A stretch of DNA of 63,536 bases, counting the filler, from Reclinomonas americana ATCC 50394 (lineage: Eukaryota), in NCBI GenBank assembly GCA_048213135.1. It is 47 parts of 47 records of this genome, joined end to end, with 100 filler letters (N's around TTAATTAATTAA, not from the genome) between each part and the next. Parts side by side here need not be neighbours in the genome. Positions count along the whole stretch, not along the records: positions 36,661 to 37,912 come from AFZH01025982.1; positions 38,013 to 39,264 come from AFZH01025983.1; positions 39,365 to 40,615 come from AFZH01025986.1; positions 40,716 to 41,966 come from AFZH01025987.1; positions 42,067 to 43,317 come from AFZH01025988.1; positions 43,418 to 44,666 come from AFZH01025989.1; positions 44,767 to 46,016 come from AFZH01025990.1; positions 46,117 to 47,366 come from AFZH01025991.1; 39 more parts are not named here. One strand, given 5' to 3'. Below the pieces are notes generated by a model. The model was not told the DNA's origin. It saw nothing but the letters and a program-made list of their open reading frames with translations, and did no database searches. The translations under genes and the position numbers were made by a program. This document shows, piece after piece, positions 37,837-50,061 of the stretch. Every line of letters begins with the position of its first letter. Position 1 is the stretch's first letter.

Positions 37837-38108
37837 GTGAGAGGCCATGATCAGAGAGCTGCTTCTCTTGCAACTGTTGCTAATCTCTAGCGCCCTTGGG
37901 AAGGACTCACCANNNNNNNNNNNNNNNNNNNNNNNNNNNNNNNNNNNNNNNNNNNNTTAATTAATTAANNNNNNNNNNNNNNNNNNNNNNNNNNNNNNNN
38001 NNNNNNNNNNNNAAGCTGTCAACATCCACATCACTCGGACTGCACAGCGAGCACAATTGATGAGCATAAGTGAAACTGTGAGTGAGCGAGCGAGCGAGAG
38101 AGCGAGCG

Positions 38109-39264
38109 CACTTTCGGAACGAAGCCGCCAGAGAGCTATTGTCACTAAAGCCAGTCACACCGGCTTGACCGGCCAGTGTCGTCACCGATCCTTGTTGCGT
38201 GACCTTGCGAATAGTGTGATTGCTAATGGCACAGTAATCAGATCCGACTGTCACTCAGCTGAGACATGCAATGCGTGCCCTCTCACCCATAATCGGCCAC
38301 CAGCACGTTGCCGTTGCTGTCGACGCAGACGCCCTATAATCGGCACCGACAAACAACAATAAAGTAAGGAGGTATCGATTGTCACGACAGCGGCGTGGTG
38401 CAGCATCCGAACCCGAAGCCCGTTGAACGAGGCAGAGGGGCCCGACGATGAATCAACGGCGCCTGTCGACTGAGCGACACCGGCCAGCGTAGACACGGAG
38501 ACAGAGCGATCAAAGGCGGCCGCCGACTGCGAAATGTCGAAAGAGGCGGCCAGGCGAATGGCACTCTGAGCGTTACCGGTGCCTTGCAGCGTGGCAGAGG
38601 AGGTGGCGATGTTTGTGGCTCCGTCCGTGGAGACAACGGCACCTGTTTCCACACACAGAGAAAGACCAAGTTTGGTGACGAACGAGAATCGGAGGGTGTG
38701 TGGACTCCACCGCTCACAGACCTGCAGTGATAAACGACCTGATCGAGGTCGCCGACTGTCCCCCAGAGGCAGCACGATAGTAGTAGGTCGTACTCGGCTG
38801 CAGTGCCGACACATCGGCACTTATGGTGGCTCCTGTGATGCCAGTCACCGTGGCGGGAGTGGCGGCGACGGTGGACGGTGGAAGAGCGACCGAGCGAATC
38901 GTGTGGTGTCCCGTATCTGCAACAGTACGACAGTAAAAAACAAGGGAAGGACGAAATCTCAACGCGCAACGTCTATACTCACCAACAACAATAGCAGCAG
39001 AGAGCACCGACGAATAGTCGACACCCGCCTGTGACATCAGGGCAACGAGGAACATGTGATCAGAGACAGTGGTTGCAATGGAGCGACAAAGCACGTACCG
39101 GCTGTGACAGGGAGCTACTCGCATCGACCAGAGTCGACACAGCTCCTGTGGATGCGGAAATAAGGCGTACAAGAGAGTTGCCGGTCTGTGGCTGCGCATG
39201 AGTAATTGTGCGCTAATCACCAACAACCATCATCGGCACGCTCACCTCGGCAACGTACAACACA
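38109..39264 (-). CDS. FN3-like/NHL-repeat surface protein (partial, spliced)
   Basis: VADTGHHTIRSV, SALQPSTTYYYRA, VSTDGATNIATSSATLQG, VSTLAGVAQSTGAVD, NHTIRKVTQQGSVTTLAGQAG. Confidence 0.8.
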
Positions 39265-39364
39265 NNNNNNNNNNNNNNNNNNNNNNNNNNNNNNNNNNNN
39301 NNNNNNNNTTAATTAATTAANNNNNNNNNNNNNNNNNNNNNNNNNNNNNNNNNNNNNNNNNNNN

Positions 39365-40225
39365 GCGCACGTAGTGTCGTTGGAGGATCAGGAAGAGCAC
39401 GATGCAGGGGAGTGCCAGCACGACCACCCCGGCCTCGGTCGCGCCGTAGTCGACCACGCCCTGCACCTGCCCGCGGAGGTTCGCGACCGCGAGCGGCAGC
39501 GTCATCCGGTTGGAGTCGTTGATGAGGATCAGCGGGGCCATGAAGTCGTTCCACGCCGTGAGGAACGCGAACAGCCCGACCGTCACGAGGCCCGGCTTGA
39601 CCGCCGGCAGCAGCACCCGCCACAGGGCGCCCCAGCTGGAGCATCCGTCGACCATCGCAGCCTCGTCCATCTCCTTCGGGATCGACTCGAAGGAGATGCG
39701 CATCATGAACATCGAGAACGGCAGCTGGAACATCGTGATCACCAGCGCCACGCCCACCAGCGAGTTCTGCAGGCCGACCGCGTTGAGGATCACGTAGAGC
39801 GGGATCAGCAGCGTCGCGTACGGCACCATGAGGATCGCGAGGGTGAGCAGGAACAGCGCGTTCTTGCCGGGGAACGAGAACCGGGCGAACGCGTAGCCGC
39901 CGAGCAGCGAGATGAACAGGGTGAGAGCGACCGTGAGCACCGAGACGAACAGCGAGTTGCCCAGGTACACCCAGATGCCCGCCTGGTAGTCGGCGAGGGC
40001 GATGTAGTTGCCGAAGCCCCAGCCGTCGGTCTGGCTCGTGCCCGCCACCGGGCTGAGCGATGAGACCCCGGTCCAGATGAGCGGGTAGAGGAAGATCACC
40101 GCGAGGGCGGTCGTGAACACCCAGTAAGGGATGCCGAAGACGATGCGCGCCGCCTTCGAGCGGTACCGCGGGGTCGCGGGCTGGTGGTCCGGGGCGACGA
40201 TCGTGCGCGTCAGTGTCTGGGACAT
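39365..40225 (-). CDS. Carbohydrate ABC transporter permease (MalG-like), 3'-truncated
   Basis: EAA loop SIPKEMDEAAMVDG, GYAFARFSFPGK, FLTAWNDF. Confidence 0.93.
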
Positions 40226-40229
40226 GGCT

Positions 40230-40615
40230 TCAGCTCTCATCCGGACGCCGGAAGGCGCGCAACTGGAAGACGTTGATGACGATGAGCGCGAGCAGCACGA
40301 TCACCGAGAGGGCACCGGCGATGCCGAGGCTGTTCTGACCTTGGAAGGCCACGTTGTAGATGAGCTGCACGACGGTCATGGTGCTGTTGTCGGGGCCGCC
40401 CTTGGTGAGGATGTAGAACTGCTCGAACGCGAGCAGCGACCCGGTCACGCACATCACGGTCGTGAGGGCGAAGGTCGGCTTGAGGAGGGGCACCGTGATG
40501 TAGCGGAACGTCTGCCAGCGGCTCGAGCCGTCGATGCGCGCTGCTTCGTAGATGTCATCCGGGATGCCCTGCGAGGCCCACGAGCATGAGCAGCATGTAG
40601 AAGCCGGCGAAGCGC
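40230..40615 (-). CDS. Carbohydrate ABC transporter permease (MalF-like), 5'-truncated, apparent 1-nt frameshift near 40572
   Basis: GIPDDIYEAARIDG...ITVPLLKPT...LTKGGP; the upstream RFAGFYMLLMLVGL is off by one base. Confidence 0.88.
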
Positions 40616-42119
40616 NNNNNNNNNNNNNNNNNNNNNNNNNNNNNNNNNNNNNNNNNNNNTTAATTAATTAANNNNNNNNNNNNNNNNNNNNNNNNNNNNN
40701 NNNNNNNNNNNNNNNGAGAGATGCACGGGCAAGTAAATAATGCAAGAGAACCGTTCTTCGACTTCTCACCTTCTTCGTCGTGCTCTTCTTGTTGCGCTTG
40801 TTCGCCTTGGCTCGCTTCTGCAATCATGCACGACAGGTGAGACGGCCAGCGGAGCGCGCGCGCGTGCGTGCGTCATCGACACGCACATGGATGTTTTGTT
40901 TCACACACACATACGTATACACATACTGTAAATACGAGTTCGAGTGTACAGATCTAGACGTACCTGTGGATCTCGGTACATATCAGAATCCCGGTACCGC
41001 TCCACGGGCAAGGCGGCGGCGTCGTTGGACTCTTGAATGGCGCTTTGCACATCATGCAGAACCTCGAACGAGGGCCGCATATAGCGGTCCGAGCCATCAT
41101 GCAAATGGCCACCACGATGGCAACCGAGGCTGTGAACATGTGTACATGCATGTATGAATTAATTGACTGCAAACGGCACGTGTACGGCCAAACGACTCAC
41201 CCACTGAGAGACTGTCGACTGTGGCCATCGGCGGTGTCGACTTCTTCTTTGATGAGTCCCATCGGAACTCGCGATCGAGACGTCAAGCTCGACCCATGGC
41301 CACAGATGGCACTGTGTGTGCGCTTCACAGCTCCGCTGCGGTGTTTCTGCATGGCTGCAGCCTTCGATCGTGGGGCTCTGTCCCAGGGCGTTACATGAAC
41401 CCATTCGTCCGGCGCCTCCGAATCCGCTACCGGTACGGACTTGGCCGGTTGGCGTCGACTGCGATACATGTACACATAAGCGACAAATGCCGCGCACTGT
41501 GTACAGCGACTGCAACGTGCACGTATGCAGAATAACAACAACAAATATCTCGAAAACACACCCTGCCTCCATGCACTCGCGGCGGAACATTCGCTGCGTC
41601 AGCATGGAGTCGTCCGAGTACTTGTCGCGTCTGCACACATGTATAGTACACATATGCAGTGACAGATGAGTGAGTTCCATTGCGAAACCAGCTGTGACAA
41701 GCGAAACTACAGTACCGTGCAAATGAGAAACGATTCGTCGCCTCCTGCACGCCACGTATGGCAGCAACCATGTGTTGAGCAGCACGAGCGATCGCAATGC
41801 CGTCGATCTCGACATGCGAATGCACATCAGTTGCTGACACCATCGCCTTCGCATTGCTCTTAAGCTTTTCAAGCTCCTGCTGTCGCGACCGGCGCAAAGA
41901 CTCCAAGTTCTCAAACATGACAACCTGACGACACAAACAGAGTGCGACGATGTGATGGATGTCCCTNNNNNNNNNNNNNNNNNNNNNNNNNNNNNNNNNN
42001 NNNNNNNNNNTTAATTAATTAANNNNNNNNNNNNNNNNNNNNNNNNNNNNNNNNNNNNNNNNNNNNTGCAAATAGTGCAGCGATCGAAATAAGTTGCTCA
42101 TGTGCTTGTGTTTTTCGGC

Positions 42120-42950
42120 AGTGCCGTTGCCAACATTTTCATTCCCAACCGTCGCGTCGTCATACACGGTGACAATCGGCAACACAACCACTATTGGTAC
42201 GGTCACCCAGCATGGCATGCTCACATCCATCATCTCATTCTCCTGCATCTGTCCGTAGTCACTGGCGCAACAACAACCAGCACAATCGGTCTTCGCGTCG
42301 GTTTGTCCGGACAAGTAGTGGTGCTGACGGTGCCAGTGGCCTCGTTCCCCTTTGCCACACCGTCATTTACGCTGTTCAAGAACGCCGACTGCCGCGGAAA
42401 TGTGGCCACCATCATCAGCGGCTTCAACATCGCGTCTGATGGCACGACCTATACCATCACATGGACATTCGACACGACTGGAGAGCCAACACCAACGAAG
42501 CAGCAGTTGTGCCTGTCGTCCACTGACCTGGCAGGCTACTTCAGCATGGCGTCTGTATCCATTTGTTGCGTTCCTGCTGGAGATATTCTGATGTCAGGTT
42601 TACTTCCTTTTCTTCTAACGAGGTGAATATGCAGATCGTGTCAAGAGCACTTCCGCGCCTTCCATATCCCAGGGCATCAAGTCGCAAACTGTTGTCTTGT
42701 CGGGTGGTGACTTCCCATTGCTGGCTACAAGTGCCGCCAATGGCAGTAATCCAGTCACACCTGGCGGCACGCCACTGGCATTCTTCCTTTCACTCGCCAC
42801 CGACTGTTCGTCGATGGACTTGCGGGCGGCTGCCTTTGTGGTCACTGCGGTGTCGCCGACGCGCATTACGGCCACGGTCTCCACCATTTCTGCGGTCTCT
42901 CTCGCCTCGTGCACGCTGGATCCACCTGGCACGTATCAAATTTGTGGTCG
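42120..42950 (+). CDS. Thr-rich surface protein with Cys-containing beta-sandwich repeats (partial, spliced)
   Basis: Two similar units (F....DC......LC; FFLSLATDC....TYQIC), similar in style to 28539-29590. Confidence 0.5.
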
Positions 42951-44766
42951 GTGTGTTTCGAAGGGAAAGAGGGAGGGGAGGGGAGGGGAGGGGGAGGGAG
43001 ACAAAGACAGGGAGGAGGGAGGGGAAAGGGAGGAACGACGGTGAAGAAAGAGAGACAATGGGAGAGAGGGCATTACCCTTGAGAGAGAAATGGGCGAGGG
43101 GAAATGGTGAAAGAGAATTGGCGTGAGATTGGATGGTGTGAGGCAGAAAGAACAAAGCAGTGGGTGCCGGGAGGAGAGGTGAAGGAAAGCGGGAGAGGCA
43201 GGTGAGCCACGAAGTAGACCGTCTGTATGTGCGAGAGAAATGGGAGGATGTGAATGAGAGGGCGGTTGCGAGAGGCAAGAGGGCTGAGGAGCAATAGGGA
43301 AAATGAATGAGAGGCTGNNNNNNNNNNNNNNNNNNNNNNNNNNNNNNNNNNNNNNNNNNNNTTAATTAATTAANNNNNNNNNNNNNNNNNNNNNNNNNNN
43401 NNNNNNNNNNNNNNNNNCGGATGGAGTCGAGAGTCTGTTGCATTTCCTCGAGTTGTTTTGCTGCGTCGCTTATCAGTTGCGAGCGTTGTTCAAGCAGCCT
43501 GCAATCGGGAAAAGGGACGTGGTGAGATGGATGAGGCAGGAAAGAGAGAGGGTGAATGCGGGGAGAAGGTGGCAGGTAGCGGAGACGGGAGGACATGACG
43601 GTGAGAAGGAGAAGAGGCGGGAGAGAGAAGGAAAAGGGTCAGAGCGAGTGAGACGGTGAAGGGAGACAGCGAGTGAGTAGGAAATGGGAGACAGGAAACG
43701 GGATGGATAAGAGAGCCAGGGAGTGGGAAGGTGAAGATAGACAGGAGGCGACAACGGGAAGGGAGACAGGAAGGTGAGAAGGGGAAGGGAGACACAGAGG
43801 TGAGAAGGGGATAGGAGACAGGGAGGGAGAGAGACAGAGAGGCACGGAGGCGAGGTGAGAGATGCAAACCAAAGCAAAGGAGTGGGAAGGAGGGACATAG
43901 CGAGTGCGCAGGAGAAAAGGGGTTGGAGACAGAGAGAATGGTGAGAAGGAAAACCGAGACAAGGAGGGAGACAGTAAAAAGGGAGTGGGAAGGAAAAGGG
44001 AAACGAGCAGGAAGGAAGAGAGAGACAGAGAGAATGGAACGGATTGGAGACACGAAGGAAACCGAGACAGGGAGAGGGAGTGGGAAGTAGAATGGAGACA
44101 GGTAAAGGGAAGGAACAAGCGAGATGGCGTGGGAAGGAGAAGAGTAGAGTGCAGCAATGGACTTCGACATGCAATGCGCAACATTGCGATGACTGACGAT
44201 TCCGCGGCGGCTGCAGGCTGGAGGCGTGTGTTCTCGCCCGCATCCGGATTGGCCAGGTAGGCGACCATGGAACGCGCGTCCTCTTTCAAGCGGTTCTCTT
44301 GGCGTCGGAGCTGCGGTTCAGTGGAATGAGGAAGGGAACGGTGCTGAGCGTGCAGAGGGCGTACCATGTCATAGATGCGTTTGCCGCGCTGACTGGCACG
44401 TGTGAGGTCGTCGCCTTGCTGTTGTGGGGGTGGAGGGTGAGAGGGTGGGGAAAAGAGGGGAAAGGGGAAAGGGGGAAGGGGAAGGGTGAGGAAAGAGGAG
44501 AGGAAAGAGGGGAGGAAAGAGGAGAGGAAAGAGGAGAGGAAAGAGGAGAGGGGAAGGAGAGGGGAAGGAGAGGGGAAGGAGAGGGGAAGGAGAGGGGAAG
44601 GAGAGGGGAAGGAGAGGGGGAAGAGAGAGGGGAAGAGAGAGGGGAAGGAGAGGGGGATGGAGATGGNNNNNNNNNNNNNNNNNNNNNNNNNNNNNNNNNN
44701 NNNNNNNNNNTTAATTAATTAANNNNNNNNNNNNNNNNNNNNNNNNNNNNNNNNNNNNNNNNNNNN

Positions 44767-45069
44767 GGCCGTGTGTTTCTCAGCGACGTGCTGCCGATGG
44801 CCGACTCGGAGCGGTTGCTGCACGCGTTCAGGGAACACTATCGGACGGGGGCGACGCACACGATCTTTTGTGCGTCGATGATCCAGCGGCATCCACAGGG
44901 GCACAGCATGGCGTCGCTGACGCCGGTGGTGGGCGCCGCCACCTTTTTGCGACCGCTAGCGGCGGCCGAGAATGGAGGAATCAAGCAGCAGCATGACACG
45001 GAAATGACGGCCATGTTGCATATTCTCCAGCTCAGTTCGGCGACGCAGCCTTCTTCGTCGACTGCGTGA
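44767..45069 (+). CDS. 3' end of a eukaryotic hypothetical protein
   Basis: Open frame from the contig edge to a TGA, convergent with the kinase-RING gene. Confidence 0.35.
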   Translation, partial: GRVFLSDVLPMADSERLLHAFREHYRTGATHTIFCASMIQRHPQGHSMASLTPVVGAATFLRPLAAAENGGIKQQHDTEMTAMLHILQLSSATQPSSSTA

Positions 45070-45249
45070 GAGGAAGTGAATATTTATTGTCGAGAAAGGG
45101 GGAAGTGGGGTATGACAGAAGGGGATGAAAGGGAAAAGGGAGAGGAGAAAGGGGAAGAGCAGCTCTTCTTTTCTCATTCCTTTCTTTCTTGAGTGTTTCT
45201 TGCCAATTGAAATCTGTAACTACATGTTTTGCACTTTCAACCACAGTCA

Positions 45250-46016
45250 TCACGGGCTCACGGCGGCCGCAGCCGACGGTGGTGCCTGCACAATCGTGTG
45301 ATAACCGTATTCGTCGCCGAAGTCGAAGCGAGTGACCGAGGTGCGACAGAGAGGGCACTCTCCACGTCGTTCGACCACTTGCTGCGCACAGTTGCGGCAC
45401 ATCACCTCGTGTCCGCACGGACGCAGTCGAGTGTCGCGCACATCGTAACAGAGAACGCACGCGCGACGGCACGACAACGCAGTGAGATCGCGCATCTCCG
45501 TCACCAGCTCGTCGGCACTCGGTCGGCGATCGGGTCGATGGTCGACACAGCTGTTTGTCGAATCATGAGGGACGATCTATGCAGTACAAACATGCACGGG
45601 GCTGATGCATTCTCACCGCATGGCCAACCGCACCAGACGGCGACAGACGGATATGGGCCATTCCCGGCCAACTGCGGTGTCGGCCAGTAGCACAGCGGCC
45701 TCATCGAGTCTCGCCGCGTCGTCGTCCTCCACCATCGCCTCGATCCACTTGTGTACCTCGGCAATCGGCTGACCGGAGAACAGTTGCAGCAGAATGAGTC
45801 CAAGGCAGTACACGTCGGCAGTTGGGTGCAGAATGCCACGCAGTGCCTGTGGATCGGCATAGTTGGGGTCGCCGGCAAACTGCACCGAGAGGTGTGTCTG
45901 CTTGTCGCCACACCCGTGAGGACATTCTCGGTGAGCAGGCGAGGGAAAGAGAGTGCATACTCACTCCGCCGGTGCGGAACCAGTGCGCGATTCCCAGGTC
46001 CGAGATGCATGCCTGA
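45250..46016 (-). CDS. Pelle/RLCK-like protein kinase C-lobe fused to a C-terminal C3HC4 RING (partial)
   Basis: AGDPNYADP..ADVYCLGLILLQLFSG...WP..LAMR-CVDHRPDRRPS, then CVLC..LRPCGHEVMCRNC..CPLCR. Confidence 0.85.
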
Positions 46017-46155
46017 NNNNNNNNNNNNNNNNNNNNNNNNNNNNNNNNNNNNNNNNNNNNTTAATTAATTAANNNNNNNNNNNNNNNNNNNNNNNNNNNN
46101 NNNNNNNNNNNNNNNNTTGTCTTTTGATGTGCAGCCTGAAGTACTCTTCTGCAGA

Positions 46156-46420
46156 CTTGATCATCTCGATTGCCGCGGCGGCGGATGGAGACTATCAGGT
46201 GGTGGTCGATGAGGAGCTGGAGCATCGTGCGGGCGATCACTTGTGGTCGCTGCCGGCACTGGTCACTGGCCAGTTTGTCAAGTTTGAAGTGGTGCGATGA
46301 TCCGTCTTTCTCCTCTGCCTCGCAGCCGCCTCTCTCACGCAAAACAAATAGACCGACAACTTTGGCGGCTCCGGTATCTACATCTCGAAGATGTACGTGT
46401 TTGCACACGAACCGAAAGGT
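46156..46420 (+). CDS. Galactose-binding/discoidin-like beta-sandwich fragment
   Basis: TGQFVKFEV-(intron)-DNFGGSGIYISKMYVF resembles the F5/8 type C C-terminal strands. Confidence 0.4.
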
Positions 46421-46814
46421 GCGGCGGCCGCCGGCAGTGCATGAGACCGTGCGCGCGTTTGTGGCACAAGGAGTGAGTTATGGTGGCGAGACTTGCCAGA
46501 CAATGTAGAGAATGGTTGGATCAGGAGAGCACGGGCGATGCTGTATACTTCGCGACTGCTTCCTTTGCGCTTGATCTGGGTGAGTGGATGGGGAGGTGGA
46601 TGATCACAGGCAGCGGTCCATCCGCGCGCTCTTCGGGGTAAGTGGACATCAACCCGCGGTCTTTTCGAGTCGATGAATGGAAGGTGTATGAGCACTGGCA
46701 GTGGTATGAGCACGTGCCTTTCGGAGCAGCTCTGCATTCTTCTCTTGTGTGGGCGATCTGGGCCGTGGATTGCTGCCTCGTTCTGTGACACTCCGCTGTC
46801 ATGAGGACACGTGT

Positions 46815-47078
46815 GCCGAGGCTCCATCGATCGCCCTTCTCTTGTGTGAGCCATCTCTTGCGAAGCAGCTACTCACTTCAGTGCACCGCGTCTGTCATGG
46901 CCAAGCAGCTTCCCCTCAATGCGATCTGGGTGGGTGGACGTGGATCATTAACTCGTGTCGATGAGCGAAATGGCGTACAAGCACTGCTGGTTGCCGAGGC
47001 TTCATCGGCTGCCCTTCTCTAGTGTGAGCCATCTCTTGCGAAGCAGCTACTCACTTCAGTGCACCGCGTCTGCCATGC
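46815..47078. repeat. Direct repeat of ~85 nt, 2 copies about 180 nt apart
   Basis: GTGTGAGCCATCTCTTGCGAAGCAGCTACTCACTTCAGTGCACCGCGTCTG is present twice. Confidence 0.85.
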
Positions 47079-47312
47079 TTCCGGATCCTCAATTCAGGCG
47101 CTTACAGAAACGCTTTTCATTTTGAAGTCACTTCGGTCCCACACACACAAGTTTACAGTTTCGCTTTCTGCTCATCGCATGTGAGTGCATCCTCATGAGT
47201 GCCTGCGTGTGTGCGAGAGAAGGAAGGAGAACGTGATCAGTGTGCATTCCTCAGCCTCTGACGTTTGCAGTCAACCTCTCTCACTCGCTCACTCTTGCGT
47301 CGCTCTCACTCA

Positions 47313-47349
<37 letters not shown>

Positions 47350-47470
47350 GAAATACTCTCACATCTNNNNNNNNNNNNNNNNNNNNNNNNNNNNNNNNNN
47401 NNNNNNNNNNTTAATTAATTAANNNNNNNNNNNNNNNNNNNNNNNNNNNNNNNNNNNNNNNNNNNNGCGC

Positions 47471-47532
<62 letters not shown>

Positions 47533-47699
47533 CACACACACACAGGTTCATCTTTCAACTTGCATATTTATTCTCTGGTTCACTCATGCCTCATTGCCTC
47601 TCCCCTGCAACTGCTTCGTTTGCATCTGTGTTTATTCGTGGCGTCTCGGCCACTCTTCCTCTGAGACATTCGTGTGTGTCTCTGCCTTTATTGCATATA

Positions 47700-48298
47700 T
47701 GTGTTGGAGTGTTTGGCATCGCCGACGACCCGCAGAAGTCATTGGTGTCGGCTCTGCGTGCTCGGAACAGGCCGACTGGTCGATGCAGGCGCAGAACTTT
47801 GTGGCGGAGGAGTTCGATCCCGAGCTGCTGATGGCTGGCACTGCGTTGCGATCCATGTCATCTGTCACTGAGTGCGATCGTTGGCTTGGCTACCCGTTCT
47901 ACTCACCGACTCGCGCAAGTGAGGCGATGAAGCAAGTGGCGAAGATGCTGGAGAAGCAGCTCTTCACTCCGATCAAGGCCATCAAGCAGTCGTCGCTGTT
48001 GCCGCTCCAGAAGGTGGATGCCGTTCGCCGCTTCGTCCTCCCCAAGGCCACCTTTGTCATTTCGGCCGTGGAGCTTCAGCCGGAAGTGCTCCCCAGATTC
48101 GACTGCAAGATCCGCGACAGCATCCGACTCTGCCTTGGCCTCGGCAACGACTCCGGCACACCCTTCCTCTACACTCCGCTGTCGAAAGGTGGTCTCGGCC
48201 TGTACTCTGTGGTGGAGCGAGCGGCCTCTCTGTTGTTGATCAACTCGGCGGTGAAGCTGTTGACACACCGCCGACCGCTGACTCGCCGTGTGGCGTAG
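47700..48298 (+). mobile_element. Decayed R2/RLE-group non-LTR retrotransposon RT fragment
   Basis: IADD (47718-47729, out of frame), RWLG, LLPLQKVDAVRRFVLPK, FDCKIRDSIRLCLGL, FLYTPLSKGGLGL; premature TAG at 48296. Confidence 0.8.
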
Positions 48299-48903
48299 CT
48301 TGCATGCTGCACTGCTCGGTGAAGGCGGCCGGTGGTCGTGTTGACGACTTTTCGCCGTTGCCGACTGCTGGTTTGGTGGCCAAGTACCGGCACAGACGAA
48401 CGAGGTCACAGACGTCAATCGCCAGCAGCTGCTCAACACAGCGGTATTTCTCTGTGTGTTTGTCTCCTGTTGCTCCTCCGGCTGGTGCTGCTGCGGTTGC
48501 TCCTGGTGCAGGTACTCGGTTTCAAGTGGCCACTGATCCGAATGCCCCTCGCCGCGCTGTTCGCCCCAGCTGTGGTGTAGGTGCTTCTTGGTGACCTCAC
48601 ATGGTTGCGGAGCAACTGTTGTCTTGGGTCGTCGTCGGCGAATGGAAGCAGTGGATTCGAACAGCGGCACCACGCCGAGAAGAATGATACTGATTGCTGA
48701 AGGCGAAGCGACGTNNNNNNNNNNNNNNNNNNNNNNNNNNNNNNNNNNNNNNNNNNNNTTAATTAATTAANNNNNNNNNNNNNNNNNNNNNNNNNNNNNN
48801 NNNNNNNNNNNNNNAGACGATCGCGAGCTATGGGCGCGGCTGACCGCGCCCGGCTGCGACTGGCCTGCTGCCTATGACGAACAAGATCGATCAGGAGGAT
48901 TGG

Positions 48904-50061
48904 ATGACGACGCGCCGCACCGTTCTGAAGGGCATGACCGCCGCCGGCGGCCTGCTCGCCGCGCCGCAGCTGCTGCGCGCCCAGGCCAAGACCGAGCTCA
49001 ACGTGATCTGGGTCGGCTGGCCGGAGAGCCACATCACGCCGATGGCGGAGATGTTCATGAAGAACAATCCGACGATCGGCCTGAAGCTCGAACGCATCCC
49101 GTTCAACGAGCTGTTCCCGGCGCTGGAAGTGCGCCTGCAGGCGCGCACGCCCTTGCCCGACATCTTCTTCGCCGACGGGCCGCTCACCGCCTCCTACTCG
49201 ATCCGCAAGCATCTCGCCGAGCTCGACGGCATCCTCGGCAACGATCTTGGCCGCTACACCAAGGCGGCGCTGGCGCAGGGCACCTACAAGGGCAAGCTGA
49301 TGACGCTGCCCTATATCAGCAGCGGCATGGTGCTGTTTCTCAACCGCAAGCACTTCGCCGATGCGGGCGTTGCCCTGCCCGAGCCCGACGTCGCCAAGCG
49401 CTGGACCTGGGAGCAGACGCTCGAAGCCGCCAAGAAGCTGACCGACCCCGCCAAGAACCAGTGGGGCCTGGTCTTCGAGATGGCCGACCGGCCCTATCAG
49501 GCGCTGACCCTGCCGCAGTCGAAGGGCGCGCAGGTGCTGAGCGAGGACGGGCTGACCGCGACGGGCTATGTCGATTCCAAGCCCTTCATCGATGCGATGC
49601 AGTTCTACGCCGACCTGTTCAACAAGCATAAGGTGACGCCGACCGGCGTGTTCGACACCAATCTTGCGCTCGAAATGTTCGCGACCGGCCGCGCTTCGAT
49701 GTATCTGGCGACGACGCCGAGCCTCGCCTCGATCTCGGCGCGCAAGGATCTCGACTGGACCGTGGCGCCGCAGCCCTATTTCGAGGGCGGCAAGGCGGTG
49801 ACGCCGACGGGCAGCTGGCATATCGGCATGAACCCGCGCACCAAGCAGCGCGCCGCGGCCGAGACCTTCATCAAGGCCTTCGCCCAGCCTGAGTATGTCG
49901 AGGCGCAGGCGCGGCTGCGGCCGAACCCGCCGGTGCTGAAATCGGTCTGGGATTCGATGGGCGCCGAGCTCGACACGCCCGGCTGGCGCATCGTGCGCTC
50001 CGAGATGGAGAACACCGCCGTGCCGCGGCCGGCGACGCCGGGCTGGCTCGAATACGAGGAC
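48904..50061 (+). CDS. Sugar ABC transporter substrate-binding protein with Tat signal (3'-truncated)
   Basis: AGGAGG RBS; TRRTVLKG twin-arginine motif; LFLNRKHFADAGV..P..WTWEQ, FATGRASM. Confidence 0.9.

Noticed and set aside
40560..40615. Programmed frameshift or pseudogene in the ABC permease
   Set aside because: Single extra base about 40 nt from a contig end with no slippery site; most likely a consensus error.
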